From positions 5,830,001 to 5,894,000 of the forward strand of contig NC_058383.1 in NCBI RefSeq assembly GCF_018350175.1: a stretch of DNA of 64,000 nt, in the 5' to 3' direction. Positions within the stretch are counted from its first letter, which is position 1. The number at the start of each line of letters is the position of its first letter. This DNA is from Felis catus. Lineage: Eukaryota. Both the position numbers and the translations under genes were made by a program. Below, piece by piece: positions 1 to 12,709 of the stretch. The notes beneath the pieces are model-generated. The model worked only from the letters and a program-made list of their open reading frames with translations, was not told the DNA's origin and ran no database searches.

Positions 1-74
1 CGCAACCCTGGGGTCATGACCTGAGCTGAAATCAAGAGTCAGATGTTCGACCGACTGAGCCACCCAGGCGCCCC
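1..74 (-). mobile_element. Can-SINE (SINEC) 5' part, cut by window edge
   Basis: Reverse complement reads GGGGCGCCTGGGTGGCTCAGTCGG...TCTGACTCTTGATTTCAGCTCAGGTCATGA, the tRNA-derived SINEC head. Confidence 0.92.
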
Positions 75-87
75 AGATCAGAATACC

Positions 88-344
88 CTTTTTTTTTTTT
101 TTGAGAGAGAGAAAGAGAGAGGGCACAAGGGACAGAGAGAGAGAGAGAGAAAGTATCCCACGAGGGGTAGAGAAAGAGAGAAGTGGGGCTCACCCAAAGC
201 AAAGGTCAAGTTCACCCGAAGCAGGGCTCGTGTTCACCTGAATGGCGCTCGAGCTCACTCAATGTGGGGCTTGAACTCACGAACCATGAGGTCATGACCT
301 GAGCCAAAGTCAGATGCTTAACAATTGAGCCGCCCAGGGGCCCC
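88..344 (-). mobile_element. SINEC variant with internal ~20-22 bp tandem repeats (SINEC_Fc3-like)
   Basis: SINEC head at the 344 end, (GA)n and poly-T at the 88 end, about 5 degenerate GGGGCTCGARCTCACCCGA units; AGAATA on both flanks. Confidence 0.85.
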
Positions 345-517
345 AGAATATCTTTTGGTAGTTTTTATGCAATGGGTGTGTTTCTTTGAAGGTGATGCCA
401 CCTGGAGCCTCGAGATGGACTCGGATTGCATTTAGAGAGCTACCCTCAGGATCTGAGATCTAGGTGCTGCGTTCAGGTGCACCCCCTATTATACATAATC
501 GCTCGGCATCTGAGCTA

Positions 518-1365
518 TTGTATCATAAAGAATCTGACTGGTCTTTGTTCTCATCCCAGGAGGGAACTTCTAAATTCTTGGGATTTTCTGAGTTGATAGG
601 AGTGTGTGTTATTCATGATGGCCTCCTTGGATGACACCTGAGTTTATGTTAATGAAATGGCTCAGGATGGGGGCTGGCCGAGCCAGAGAGAACACCCATG
701 TGATTAGCAGACTGGCCTTGGGCCTTGGGCCAACGATACCAGCTTGCTATGGTCCGAATGTTCGTGGCCCCCCCACTTCCTATGCTGAGATCCTAATTCT
801 CAATGTGATGGTTTTAGGAAGTGGGGCCTTTGGGAGGTGACAGGGTCTTGAGGGTGGAGCCTCCGTGAACGTGATGGTGTCCTTATAAAAGAGACCCCAC
901 AGAGCTCCCTCGCCCCTTTGGCCATGTGAGGACACAGTGAAAAAATGGCCATCTCTGAACCAGATGAGACAGGAATCCGGTTCACGCCAGACGCAAGGCT
1001 GGGCGAAGCTTCCTGTTGTGCCAGAAGGTGACCTGCCCAGATTCCAAGGGGAGGGGGCGCGGAAGCCGAGTATTCAAGTCCCTCCCACACCTTGCCCGAC
1101 GTGGCTCCTCATCTGACTGGTCCTGATCCGTATCCCTTATAATAACACTATAAGCAGGAGTATAGCACTTACCTGAGCTCTGTGAGTTATCCTAGCAAAT
1201 TCCTAAACCTGATGGGGGTCATGAACCCCCCCTCCAGATTTGTGGCCGGTGGGTCAGAATTGCACGTGGCCTGGGGGTCCCTGAGCCTGTGGCTGGTGAC
1301 GGACGTGGGGGCAGTCTTGCCCTGTGGACTCCGTGCTCATTCCAGGTGGTTCGAATTGCATCACG
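518..1365 (+). mobile_element. MER21-like LTR interrupted by MLT1A
   Basis: MER21-like motifs: CTGACTGGTCTTTGT, CACCTGAGTTTATGTTAATGA, CTGTGAGTTATCCTAGCAAATT, GAATTGCA near the end. Confidence 0.7.
745..964 (+). mobile_element. MLT1A-type MaLR LTR, 5' portion
   Basis: TGCTATGGTCCGAATGTT...GGGGCCTTTGGGAGGTGA...CCTTATAAAAGAGACCCC...GCCATGTGAGGACACAG. Confidence 0.85.
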
Positions 1366-1720
1366 GTAGCTGCAGAGCCAAGAGAACAAACGCCATATCT
1401 TATTTCATCTTTTTTCAACCAAAAAATATTTTCCAAGAGCTTATTTTGTGTCAGGCATGGTGGTGGGCACACACATACCACCTCACCGTCGAATGTCATG
1501 TTCCCAAAGGAATTCGTGAAGCTTAGAATACTGCTAGTGTCAAAGGGGCGATGTTGTGAAAAACACACTGAGATCGGAATTACTATTTTTAGGAGGAGGC
1601 ACAGATTTGGAGGGCCAGATTTCCATATAAATTCATTAAACCAAGGAAGCCTAAAAGCTTCGTGACGTTAAGGGCTGGGAAGTAATTTTCAGCCTTGCCT
1701 TAAGAGGTATCCCATTCGTG

Positions 1721-1923
1721 GGGGGCCTGGGTGGCTCGGTCGGTCGGCTCTTGATTTCCACTCAGGTCATGATCTCAGGGTCGTGGGATCGAACCCCGCA
1801 TCGAGCTCTGCACTGAGTATGGAATCTGCTTGAGATTTGCTCTCTCCCTCTCTCTCTCTGTCCCTCTCCCCCATTTGCTCACTGTCTCTCTCTGAAAAAT
1901 AAATAAATAAAAATAAATAAATA
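1721..1923 (+). mobile_element. SINEC
   Basis: Head, (CT)n and A-tail; perfect 19-bp TSD AAGAGGTATCCCATTCGTG at 1702-1720 and 1924-1942. Confidence 0.95.
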
Positions 1924-2871
1924 AAGAGGTATCCCATTCGTGAAGAACTTAGAGCTGTTTCCCAATGGAGAACGGGAGCCTCACTCTGTCCCTAAGGTCT
2001 CCTGTGACGGGTCGGTTGTGGTGAGTTTGCCATAGGGGGATCTCACACTGTGAGCTCAGGGTAAGCTGTCAGCAGGGGCATGAAGACATGGCATGTGGAG
2101 AGCAGGAGGAAGGGCTTGGGGACGTCCTGAGCCCTCACGGGGATGGCGGGGGGGGGGGCAGGCAGAGACATACTGGTGGATGAGAGTCTGAAGATCCACA
2201 TGGGAGGTGCTCCTGGCCTGGAAGCCAAGGTCTCGCTTCTGAGGTGGACAGTCTCTCGGTCCCACAGGAGCATCTGGCTGGGCTTCATTTGTCAAAAGCC
2301 ATCTCAGCAGATGGGGAAAATGAGTCACTATGGACTCCCCCCTGCCCCATCGTGGGCAGTTGAACGAAATTTGAACAAAATTTGGAGATCCAGGCACGGT
2401 GGGCCGGGTGTGTATGAGAACTTCCTGCAGGCAAGAATTGCTGTGAATACATTAGATTTCCTTACAAAATGAGGGTCTCCCGATTCTCACGGTGGCACTC
2501 ACCAGAGTCGAGGATGGAAAAGAGCCCCTTTCAGCAGCCTCCAGGATCGGTAAAGAGGATGTGTGCTGAGCACCAGGCAGGCCTGCAGAAGTCATGCGGG
2601 TGGGCCCAAGCCTTCGAGGCAACCCAACAAGTCTCGTAGGGGGTGGGGTGGTCAGCAATCCCCTCAGAGGCAGCCGGGGCTGGAGGGAGGTATGAGGTCT
2701 CCAACAACTGAACAGGGTGGTAGGGTGGGTCAGGAGTGGCATTTCTGGGTGGTCTGACCTCCTACGCCCTGGTATTTCACAGATGCACCACTCAGGGGTT
2801 TTTCAGAAATCTGGGAGCGGGGATGGCCCGATGCCTTCTTCAGGCCTGACAGCAAGAAACACCCAGGATCT

Positions 2872-3085
2872 GGGGCGCCTGGGTGGCTCAGTTGGTTGAG
2901 TGTCTGACTTGGGCTCAGGTCACGATCTCATGGTTCGTGGGTCCGAGCCCCGCGTCGGGCTCTGTGCTGATGACTCACAGCCTGGAGCCTGCTTCGGATT
3001 CTGTGTCTCCCTCTCTTTCTGCCCCTCTCCTGTTTGCACTCTGGCTCTCTCTCTCAAAAAATAAACATTAAACAACAACAACAAA
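2872..3085 (+). mobile_element. SINEC
   Basis: GGGGCGCCTGGGTGGCTCAG head, CT tract, AATAAACATTAAA tail; AAACACCC on both flanks. Confidence 0.95.
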
Positions 3086-3324
3086 ACACCCGGAGGCCAA
3101 TAGTCCCCCCCCGCCCCCCAAGGGAAATGGCTGGCTGGCTGTGTCTCCCTCTTCTGACACCAGACACAGAGCCTGGAGGCTGGAGAAGAAATAGCTCCCT
3201 TAAGAGGTCTGATGCTTGGGAAATGTCAGACTCCCCGGGCTCTTCAACCCTCTGTGAGGAAATGCGAGGGGTCAGCCTGGTGGGGTCGGACAGCATCGCC
3301 AGAGGCCCCTGAGAGGAAGCGAAG

Positions 3325-3540
3325 ATGTGTGCGTGCAAGCATGTGTGTGCAGGTGTGAGTGTCCATGTGTGAGGGTGAATGCGTGCCTGTGTACCAGTGT
3401 CTCGTGAGTGTGCACGGGTGCTGTATGTTTGAACGATGTGTGTGTTTGTGTATGACCATGTGGGTCTGTGGGCGTATGTGTATGAGGGTGAATGTGTGCC
3501 CGAGTGGGAGCTCGTATGTGTGTGGCTGTGCGTGTGTGGC
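3325..3540. repeat. Degenerate (TG)n low-complexity tract
   Basis: About 200 bp of interrupted TGTG repeats. Confidence 0.85.
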
Positions 3541-3725
3541 AGAGATCCTGATTCACTAATCTCCCAGGACGGGCTCATGCTCAGAACAAAGGAGAACTAA
3601 AGGGGCGTGTATTGGAGGAGGGTCAAAGGAAGGGGTGCAGGTGGATGGGAGGGACTCGGCCCCCCAGGAGGAAGAAAGGATGAGCGGCACAGAGAGTCAC
3701 ATGGACAAGCTGCAGAGATATTTTA

Positions 3726-3763
3726 TTTTATTTTTTTTTACTAATTTTTTTGAATGTTTATTT

Positions 3764-3814
<51 letters not shown>

Positions 3815-3982
3815 GAATGAGCAGGGGAGGGGCAGAGAGAGAGGGAGACACAGAATCCGAGGCAGGCTCCAGGCTCTGAGCTGTCAGCACAGAGCCCGAT
3901 GCGGGGCTCGAACTCACGAGCCATGAGATCGTGACCTGAGCCTAAGTCAGACGGTCAACTGACTGAGCCACCCAGGTGCCCC
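3726..3982 (-). mobile_element. SINEC with expanded (GA)n
   Basis: Reverse SINEC; TSD CTGCAGAGATATTTTA at 3710-3725 and 3985-4000. Confidence 0.95.
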
Positions 3983-4794
3983 TACTGCAGAGATATTTTA
4001 GCAGATTCCAAGGGTGGGCAATCCTGGGGAGAGAAACAGATGTCTAGGGAGAATTCTAAGGAAATTTCCACGTGATGTTTGGTGCAACCCCCCGGCTCCC
4101 CGTGATGAATTCAGTTTTAAAGACCTACATTAGTACACTCTGCACAGTGACTGGTCTATGTGGACAGCCTGACATATTTGGGTTACACAAGGTAATAAGG
4201 GCCCAGTGGCCATCTCTCAGGGACATCCTGCTGTTTAAATCCCAAAGGACACTTAGAGAACCTGAATGTGGCTTTGTTGAAAGATAAGGCCTTGAAGGCC
4301 CATCAGGAAAGGGTAAGCCTCCAAGGAGGAACCCAAAGGAAAGGAGAGGAATCAGCACTCTACCGAGGGAGCCAGGCAGAACATGGGAGCAATGCCAGGA
4401 ACTGCAAAGACCCAGGATGTGAACAGCATTTGCATTAGAAAATCAAACTCACACCAGCTCCACCGTTAAATATTTCCTGGCTAATGTGACTAAAAGGCCA
4501 GAGGCAGGAAGGCGTCAGCGTGGGTTTGATTTAGTGCTTCTAAGGTGTCATGGAGAGTTTCCTCCCATCTCTCTGCTCTGCCTTCTGCAACAAAAGCTTT
4601 ATTCTCAGTCAGCTCCCCCTCATGGCTCCACATCATCTACCTCACTTCTTCACGCCCTGTCATCTGGACAGTGACGGGACTCTCTGTCCCGTATCTAAGC
4701 CTGAGATCCAACCTGACCAGACAGTAATGCCTGTGGCCAGGGAAATGGAGATGCCAATGGGCTTCTGTCCACTGAGACACCAACTGAGCCAGCC

Positions 4795-5180
4795 TGTGGT
4801 GGGTTGAGTTGCGTCCCCCCTTGATTCACATGTTGACGGTCTAACCCTCAGGATCTAAGAATGTGACTGTGGAGATGGCGCCTTCAAAGGGGGTAATGAA
4901 GGTAAAAAGAGGCCACTGAATGGGTCCTGACCCAACAGGACTGGGGTCCCTATAAGAAGAGGCCATCTGGACACAGACACGCACAGAGGGATGACCACGT
5001 GAGGATACAGGGAGAAGACGGCCATCTCCATGCCAAAGGAAGGGGCCTCAGAGGGAACCAGCCCTGCTGACCCCTTGATCTCAGACATCCAGCCTCTAGA
5101 ACTGCAAGAAATACATGGCTGATGGTTAAGTCCCCCATCTGTGGTACTTCATCATGGCGGTCCCTGCAAACATTAGCACA
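4795..5180 (+). mobile_element. MLT1B-type MaLR solo LTR
   Basis: TGTGGTGGGTTGA start, TATAAGAAGAGG, GGACACAGACAC, GGCCTCAGA..ACCAGCCCTGCTGAC..CTTGATCTC, CA end. Confidence 0.88.
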
Positions 5181-5889
5181 CCTCCTCTAGACCTGGGGTG
5201 GATTCATTTCCCCAGAGCACATGGACCACACCAGGCAAGATGGGTGGCCAAATGGGAATCTGGGTTCTGTTAGGAAGAGGGACCCAGAGTAGATCCCACA
5301 AATGCACCCCCCCCCCATGACGGAGGAGTAGAAACACTGAAGAATCCCATCCTAAGAAACACTGGGTCCGGCCCGTTAAACCCCAAGATTCTGAAACCCC
5401 CACCATTTGTTCTGGGCCCCCGGCACTCTGGGATGCTCACGTGGGTGTCTGGGGAGCAGGATTCAGGGAGTCTGTCACTGTCCTCCAGGCGAGGCACTGA
5501 GTCGATCCTACGCTGCTCATTGCTCAGTCCTGGGGGGCTCTTGTTTTATTGCTCTTCATCTTTCCCTCACAGATCTCCAGTCCCTGCTCCCACGGCCCTC
5601 CTTCTGGTTGGTGCCTCGGATGTCCCGCGAATCTTTGAGAAGATTTGGCTTCGTGTACATGAGCATTTAAACGTGTGCACATGGTGGGCTCTCCATCTTG
5701 TGTCTTTGTTGTCTTTTTTTAACTCAGCACCAGATTTTAAGACCCAATGACGTTGTTTGTACGTCTATACTTCTTCTGATGGCCGTGTTGTGTTCCAAGG
5801 CAAGTGTGTGCTGTGATTCCTCTTTTCTCCAGGGCGGGAGGACACGGAGAAGGACACTCCTCCTGCCCTGGAAGGAAGGACACTCCTGT

Positions 5890-6300
5890 TCCCTTCAGGC
5901 TCCCCTCCACCCTCTCCTCCTGCTCTGTGCCCAGCGGGATGCCTCATATGACCCCAACAATGGGCTCCTTGCTCTCTGGCTTCTGATTGGGTGTAGCCAA
6001 AGAGAAGTCCCAAGAGGGGCTGAGGGGGGTGAGTGGAGAGGGACAGGGGGGCAGGGCATTTCTTTCTGGGGATCCTTCTGGCAGCAGACCCATAGCTGGC
6101 TGGATCCTGCTTGTCCACACAACACTTGGCCAAACCCAAATGGCCTCGGTATCGTCTCTGCTGCTCTGAACCTGGGGCTTCTGCATTATCTCTGGGGTTT
6201 CCCTGTACCCACACTTTTGTAAACAGTCCCTTTATAAATTAACCCTCCTCAAAGGATCCTGATTTGGGCATGCCATCTGTTTCCTGCTAGGACTCTGAGG
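5890..6300 (+). mobile_element. LTR33/LTR16-family ERVL LTR
   Basis: CTCTGGCTTCTGATTGGGT and 3' end CTTTGTAAACAGTCCC...TGCCATCTGTTTCCTGCTAGGACTCTGA. Confidence 0.7.
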
Positions 6301-6575
6301 GATCCAGCCTGGGTTCCCTCCACAACATGCCATCTCCAACAGGGTTATGATGGGTGTCCTGGTGCGGGTCCCCTCCTGGGGTGTGTGGCCCCAACGTGAG
6401 AGGCAGCCCTCCGGAACAGAACCAGACACCTCACTTCATCAGTGCTGTTCGGCCCGCTGTGCTGGAGAACTCCCAGTGTCCCCTGTCTTCATCCACATTT
6501 AATATCCTATTTCGTATCCTATTTTCTGATCGCTGTCAATCTGGTGGATAAAATTGGTATCTGCATCTCTGTTTT

Positions 6576-6782
6576 TTTCTTTTTTAAGTTTATTTATTTT
6601 GAGAGAGAGAGAGACAGAACAGGGGAAGGGCAAACAGAGAGGGAGAGAGAATGAATCCCAAGCAGGCTCTGTACTGACAGTGCAGAGCCCAAGATGGGGC
6701 TCAAACCCACAAACCAGGAGAGATCATGACCTGAGTCAAAACCAAGAGTCGGATGCTTAACAGACTGAGCCACCCAGAAGCC
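6576..6782 (-). mobile_element. SINEC
   Basis: Reverse SINEC; TSD TCTGCATCTCTGTTTT at 6560-6575 and 6783-6798. Confidence 0.93.
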
Positions 6783-7050
6783 TCTGCATCTCTGTTTTCA
6801 TTTACTTGTCGGCTACCTGGATTTTGCCTTTGCCTGTTCATGACTTTTATTACATCTGAATGTTTTGGTCTTGTGTCTTGGTTCTATTGAAACATACTCT
6901 GGGGGTGGGGGAGAGGGTAGGGAGGGCAGGGGGATTATCCAAGCTATGAAATATGACTTCCTTGTGTATTTGATAAAATAAAACATTAAAACAAGATGGG
7001 AGGGGCCTATTCATAAAATAAGTAATTCACACAAAAAACTGTTACTTTTA

Positions 7051-7263
7051 GGTGCGCCTGGGTGGCTCAGTCGGTTAAGCATCTGACTCTTGGTTCCGGC
7101 TTAGGTCATGATTTTACGGTTCGGGAGTTCGAGCACCTGCGTTGGCTCTGTGCTGACAGCTCAGAGCCTGGAGCCTGCTTTGGATTCTGTGTCTCCCTTT
7201 CTCTCTGCCCCTCCTCTATTTGTGCTCTGTATCTCTCTCAAAAATAAATAAACATTAAAAAAA
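7051..7263 (+). mobile_element. SINEC
   Basis: Head, body CTGACAGCTCAGAGCCTGGAGCCTGCTT, AATAAACATTAAAA tail. Confidence 0.95.
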
Positions 7264-7597
7264 TTTTTTTTTACTTGTTGTTTTTAAATGGGGGTGGGTG
7301 GGTGCAATGTTGGGCAGCACAGTCCTGGACATAAGCAAGCGAGGGCAGGTAGCCTCCAGGTTCTGGGCCCCACTGCATGGCTGCCTGGGACCTAATAACG
7401 CTACTTGCTGCGGAACCTGGCCGGCTCTGGGGGAAGGACGACTGGGCAGGGAGTTACTTTACTTTCCAAGAGCAGAAAGGCTGCCTGTCAGAGGAGTCAG
7501 CCCTGGCTTCGTGCCTTGCAGTGTAGTCCTGGGAGGTGACCGGTGGGCATCTCTGTGGCTGAGGGCTAAGCAGTGCGGGCAGTTCTGGACACTTCTC

Positions 7598-7987
7598 TGT
7601 ATTAGCACCACAAAGGGGCAGCTTGAAACAACAGGGATTTATTCTCCCAGGGTTCCAGAGGCCAGAAGTCCAACATCAAGCCATCAGCAGGGTCACATCC
7701 CCTACGAAGTCTCCAGGGGGAGAATCTCTTCTTGCCTCTCCAGCTTCCAGAGGTTCCTGGCAGCTCCTGGCTGTCCCCCAGGCTTATAGACCTCACTCTA
7801 GTCTCCGCCCGTCCTGTCCTGTGGCTCTCTAGGTCCCCTTCTGTCTCTTAGAGGAGATTCTCACTGGATTAGAGCCACTGTAATTCAGTATGGCCTAAGC
7901 TCCAGCCTCAATCATTCTTCTGCAAAGACCTGATTTCCAGATAAGGTTGTGCTCTGGAGGTTATGGATTTGGGGGACACCATTCAAC
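7598..7987 (-). mobile_element. MLT1C-type MaLR LTR
   Basis: Antisense MLT1 motifs AAACAACAG..ATTTATTCTC..GAGGCCAGAAGTCC, GGAGAATCT..CTTGCCTCTCCAGCTTC, GGGGGACACCATTCAAC. Confidence 0.85.
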
Positions 7988-8559
7988 TTCTTCTGCCCTG
8001 TAAATGTGCATCAACTGGCAGACAGACCAAGGGCCCAGAAGAGGCCACTGCCAGTGTCATCACAGCAGAGCTGGGGAGGACAGGGAGGCTAGCCCAACGG
8101 GAAGGGGAAATATTTGTAAATTCCTGACCCCTGTCCCCAAGCAGAACAGGCCCAGAGCCACTGCCCCCTTTACTGTGATGATATGTCACGCTCCTGGAGA
8201 GGCCTTGCTTTCCCATTGTCTGAAGTTCCTCGGGAAGAGGCCTCACCATTTATGTAAGGCCTAAAGAGACTATTTGAGCAGGGCCTAAATGGGTCCAACA
8301 GGGAGGGGATGACAGAATGTTCTCTTTAGCATTCCCGGCCACAGCAGGGTTCTGAGCAGAGAGCAGGATGTTCATTCTGGGCTGGAGCAGAGGGCTGGAT
8401 GAGGTCCACACCACCCTAGCGACGCCTCATACCTGCCACATCACCCCAAGCAGAGAAAATGCGTCCCACAGTTAAGCCAGGTGAGGGCGCTGGATTTCAA
8501 AGGGCAAAAGGCTTCTGTCTCCAGGCAACTTGTAATTCTTTTGTTCAAAGAATAAAAGC

Positions 8560-10012
8560 AAAGCTGGAGTTCACACTATAGTACAAAGCTGTAATCATCA
8601 AGCCAGTATGGTACTGGCACAAGAACAGATACTCAGATCAATGGAACAGAATAGAGAACCAGAAATGGACCCACAAACATATGGCCAACTAATCTTTGAC
8701 AGAGCAGGAAAGAATATCCAATGGAATAAAGACAGTCTTTTCAGCTGGTGGTGCTGGGAAAACTGGACAGTGACATGCAGAAGAATGAACCTGGACCACT
8801 TTCTTATACCAGACACAAAAATAAACTCAAAATGGATGAAAGACCTCAATGTAAGAAGGAAGCCATCAAAATCCTTGAGGAGAAAGCAGGCAAAAACCTC
8901 TTTGATCTTGCCCGCAGCAACTTCTTACTCAATAGGTCTCCGGAGGCAAGGGAAACAAAAGCAAAAATGAACTATTGGGACTTCATCAAAATAAAAGGTT
9001 TCTGCACAATGAAGGAAACAATCAGTGAAACTAAAAGGCAACCAATGGAATGGGAGAAGACATTTGCAAATGACATATCAGATAAAGGGTTAGTATCCAA
9101 AAATCTATAAAGAACTTCTCAAACTCAACACCCAAAAAACAAAGACTCCAATGAAGAAATGGGCAAAAGACATGAATAGATACTTCTCCAAAGAAGACAT
9201 CCAGATGGCCAACTGACACATGAAAAAATGTTCCACATCACTCATCATCAGGGAAATACAAATCAAGACCACAATGAGATACCACTTCACACCTGTTGGA
9301 ATGGCTAACATGAACAACTCAGGCAACAACAGACGTTGGCGAGGATGCGGAGAGAGAATCTCTTTTGCATTGCTGGTGGGAATGCAAACTGGTGCAGCCG
9401 CTCTGGAAAACAATATGGAAGTTCCTCAAAAAACTAAAAATAGAACTACCCTACCACCCAGCGATTGCACTACTAGGCATTTATCCACAGGATACAGGTG
9501 TGCTGTTTCGAAGGGACACATGCACCCCCATGTTTATAGCAGCACTATTGACAATAGCCAAAGGATGGAAAGACCCCAAATGTCCACTGACAGATGAATG
9601 GATAAAGAAGATGTGGTCTATATACACAATGGGGTATTACTCGGCAATCAAAAAGAATGAAATCTTGCCATCTGCAACTACGTGGATGGAACTGGAGGGT
9701 ATCATGCTAACTGAAATGAGTCAGAGAAAGACAAAAATCATATGACTTCACTCATATGAGGACTTTAAGAGACAAAACAGATGAACCTAAGGGAAGGGAA
9801 ATAAAAATAATATAAAAATAGGGAGAGGGACAAAACAGAAGAGACTCATAAATATGGAGAACAAACTGAGAGTTACTGGAGGGGTTGTGTGAGGGGGGAT
9901 GGGCTAAATGGGGAAGGGGCATTAAGGAATCTACTCCTGAGATCACTGTTGCACTATATGCTAACTAACTTGGATGTGAATTAAAAAAATAAATTAAATA
10001 AAGCGTAACTTA
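8560..10012 (+). mobile_element. 5'-truncated carnivore LINE-1 (ORF2 C-terminus, 3'UTR, A-tail)
   Basis: Frameshifted ORF2 peptides ([47 protein letters not shown]), G-rich 3'UTR; 16/17 TSD AGAATAAAAGCARAGCT at 8549-8565 and 10015-10031. Confidence 0.97.
8575..9765 (+). pseudogene. Disrupted L1 ORF2 C-terminal region (including degenerate CCHC knuckle)
   Basis: ORF2-like sequence spread over at least 4 frame segments (ORFs 8608-8970, 8748-9110, 9220-9597, 9365-9745). Confidence 0.9.
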
Positions 10013-11327
10013 ATAGAATAAAAGCAGAGCTTAACACCGGAGAGGGGAGTTAGGCACCAAAGAAACCAGAACAGGTTTCCTCTTCTTTGTCTTTCCTCCC
10101 CGGAGAGTCTGGTGAGCACCGTGAACACGTACTGGGGCCAGAGCAGAGGGCCGGGTCCTGTGGCCCACATCCATGGGCCGGTAGAGGGGGGGAGACCATC
10201 TCCCCAAGCAGAGAAGCAGGAGGCACGGTCCCGTCTTCCCTAGTCCAAGGCCTCTGCCGGTCTTTGGTTTCTTAGTGATGGCAGCCCTTGACGATCACAG
10301 CGGTCACTGGCCTGTCATGACCAGGGATGGAGGAGGGAGGACCAGGCGGATGCTGCCCTCAGTGTCTCCTGGGAAGGCGGCAGTGAGAGCAGAATTTCCT
10401 ACCTTGTGGGCCAAGCTGGGAGAGGAGGAAGGCACTCAGTGGGGACTGGGGCTGGACTCCCCTTGGAGACTACCAAGGTTCAGGGTCTGTCAGGACGCGG
10501 TTGGGCCTGGGGCCCTTGGCACCACAAGGACTCAGCCCCGACAGCGGGTGGTGTTCAGGGTGACTCCTTTCCTGGCTCTGCCTCCAGGAAGCACCGCAGA
10601 GGCCTCCTGGGGACCAGTGTGTCCCCAGGGGCAGCCATGTCTTCCCCGACCTTAGTCTGGGCTGCTGCCCCAGCTGGCCTGGCTTCCACCTGCCTGGGGT
10701 CTCGTTCTCCAGCCTGCCGGTGAGTCTGTGAGTCCCCCACCACCTTTTCCATCCATTCCCTTCTCTCATCAAATTAACCAGAGTTCATTTCTGTCGCTTG
10801 CAGTTCAGAGGCTGGCTGACCCGGGAGGGAACGCGGCACGGTCAAAGTCAGATGTGGAAAGGGGTCCAGGGTGCAGGGCAGGGCGCCCCTCGGGAGAGGG
10901 CAGGCAGAGTTGGGCTGAGGCAGGAGCCCAGGGCCCAGACCAACGTGGCGGGTGCCTCCGGTGAGGGAGGACAGCGACGGCCCAGCGCAGGGAGGGTGGC
11001 CGGCTCTCCCCAGGTCTGCCAGACACGGCTCAGGGAACGCAAGCCTGACATCGGCCCCCCACTCGCGATCCGATTCCGGGCGTGCTGGGGCTCCTGGTCC
11101 TCCCTTCCCTGACTACTCAACTGGCTGTGTGACCTTGGACATCATCTCCCCTCTTTGTGCCTCATTCCTCTTGCGTCTCGGTGGGGTGGTTCTGGTTTTG
11201 GGGTTCCTAGGAGGCAATCTTCTTACCTTTGCTCTCTGCGACTGAGTTGGTCCAGCGGCGAGCGGCCTCTACACGCGTTCTGCCCGTGACCTGGAGGCAA
11301 GCTGGAGGCCGTGGATAAGAAGCCTCA

Positions 11328-11540
11328 GGGGGCACCTGGGTGGCTCAGCTGGTTAAGCTCCTGACTTCGGCTCGCGGTTCGTGGGTTCAAGCCCCGCGTC
11401 GGGCTCTGTCCTGATGGCTCGGAGCCTGGAGCCTGCTTCAGATTCTGTGTCTCCCTCTCTCTCTGCCCCTCCCCGCTTGTGCTCTCTCTCCCTCTCAAAA
11501 ATAAGTAAACAGTAAAAAACCTAAAAATTAAAAAAAAAAA
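11328..11540 (+). mobile_element. SINEC (small internal deletion)
   Basis: GGGGCACCTGGGTGGCTCAG head, CT tract, A-tail. Confidence 0.93.
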
Positions 11541-12512
11541 GAAGTGTCAGAATTCAGGTGGGGCCCAGCCCAGCTGGGGAGTGGAGCCGGCTTTCCTCTC
11601 TGCCTCCTGGGTGTGCAGAAGGGCTGTCCTTAGGGGGACAGTGTGGCTGGCCCTGGAGTTGGGAGGGAGATGAGCTCAGGATTGCAGATCTCGAATAAGG
11701 GGGTAGATCTGAGGAAAAGCGGGAGGATTTGAGGGTCATTGAGACGACTTCCCAGGGTCGACGACCCCAAGGTATAACAGGGCTGGATGGGGGCCCAACC
11801 CAGGCCCCAGGAACGCCCCCTGCCAGCAGGTATAAATAATGAACCTCCGCAGCTACTTACAGAACAGCATGTGGAGAATGTTTGTGGATTCTCTTTGATT
11901 TCTCCTTATCACCTGTGGAGGGTCTGCCTCGTGTGCCCACCTGCTGGGGAAGCGGAGGCTCCACGCTGGGGGTTTGGGGCTTGGCTGAGCAGATTGCCCC
12001 AGAGGCAGCCAAACCTCCAGGCTTCTGCTTGGTCCCCGTGTGTGCCCAGCCAGTCGGGGACCGCTGGGGGTTGCTGCTGGAGAGCCCCTTGCCCGCTGGC
12101 CACACGCGCGTTAACGTGTATTACAAGACCATCCCGGTCAGGAAAAGAGAAACCGCTCTCGGTATTGAAACAAAGTGAATTTGTTGGTAACCCGGGGCGT
12201 TGATGAGCAGAGAAGCCAAAAGGGTAACTCAGAGATTAGCAACCCGGAAGCTGCAACCCATCCCCGGGATTGGTAAAACCGACGGAGGATGTGGTTTTAC
12301 CGAAGCCCAGGATCTGGGGCCGTTTGGCGGCAGGTGGAGCCATGGCAGTGGCTGGTTGCCAGGGGCAGGGATCATGGAGGGAAGGATTGTGCGGAGGGTG
12401 CTAGAGCCATGGAGGAGGAGGAGCCCTGCTGGAGACCCCGCCCGGGCAGGGGGCAGATCTTGGCTTCTTCCTCTATCCCACCCACCTTACCTTTTTAAAC
12501 AAAATACGATAA

Positions 12513-12709
12513 GGGGCACCTGGGTGGCTCAGTCTGTTAAGCATCCGACTCTTGGTTTCGACTTGGGTCATGATTTCACGGTTCGTGAGTTCAAGCCCAC
12601 ATCGGGCTCTGAGCTGATGGTGTGGAGCCTGCTTGGGATTCTCTCTCTCTGTCCTGCCCCTGCTATCTCTCACTCTCTCTCTATCTCTCTCAAAATAAAT
12701 AAACTTTAA
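12513..12709 (+). mobile_element. SINEC (tail resumes ~12927-12966)
   Basis: Head at 12513, CT tract, AATAAATAAACTTTAA tail. Confidence 0.93.

Noticed and set aside
180..285. Regularly spaced ~21-bp repeats resembling a CRISPR array
   Set aside because: Degenerate tandem units without spacers inside a SINE; eukaryotic DNA with no cas genes
1721..1800. tRNA-like A/B boxes here and in all other SINE heads
   Set aside because: These are tRNA-derived SINE heads, not tRNA genes
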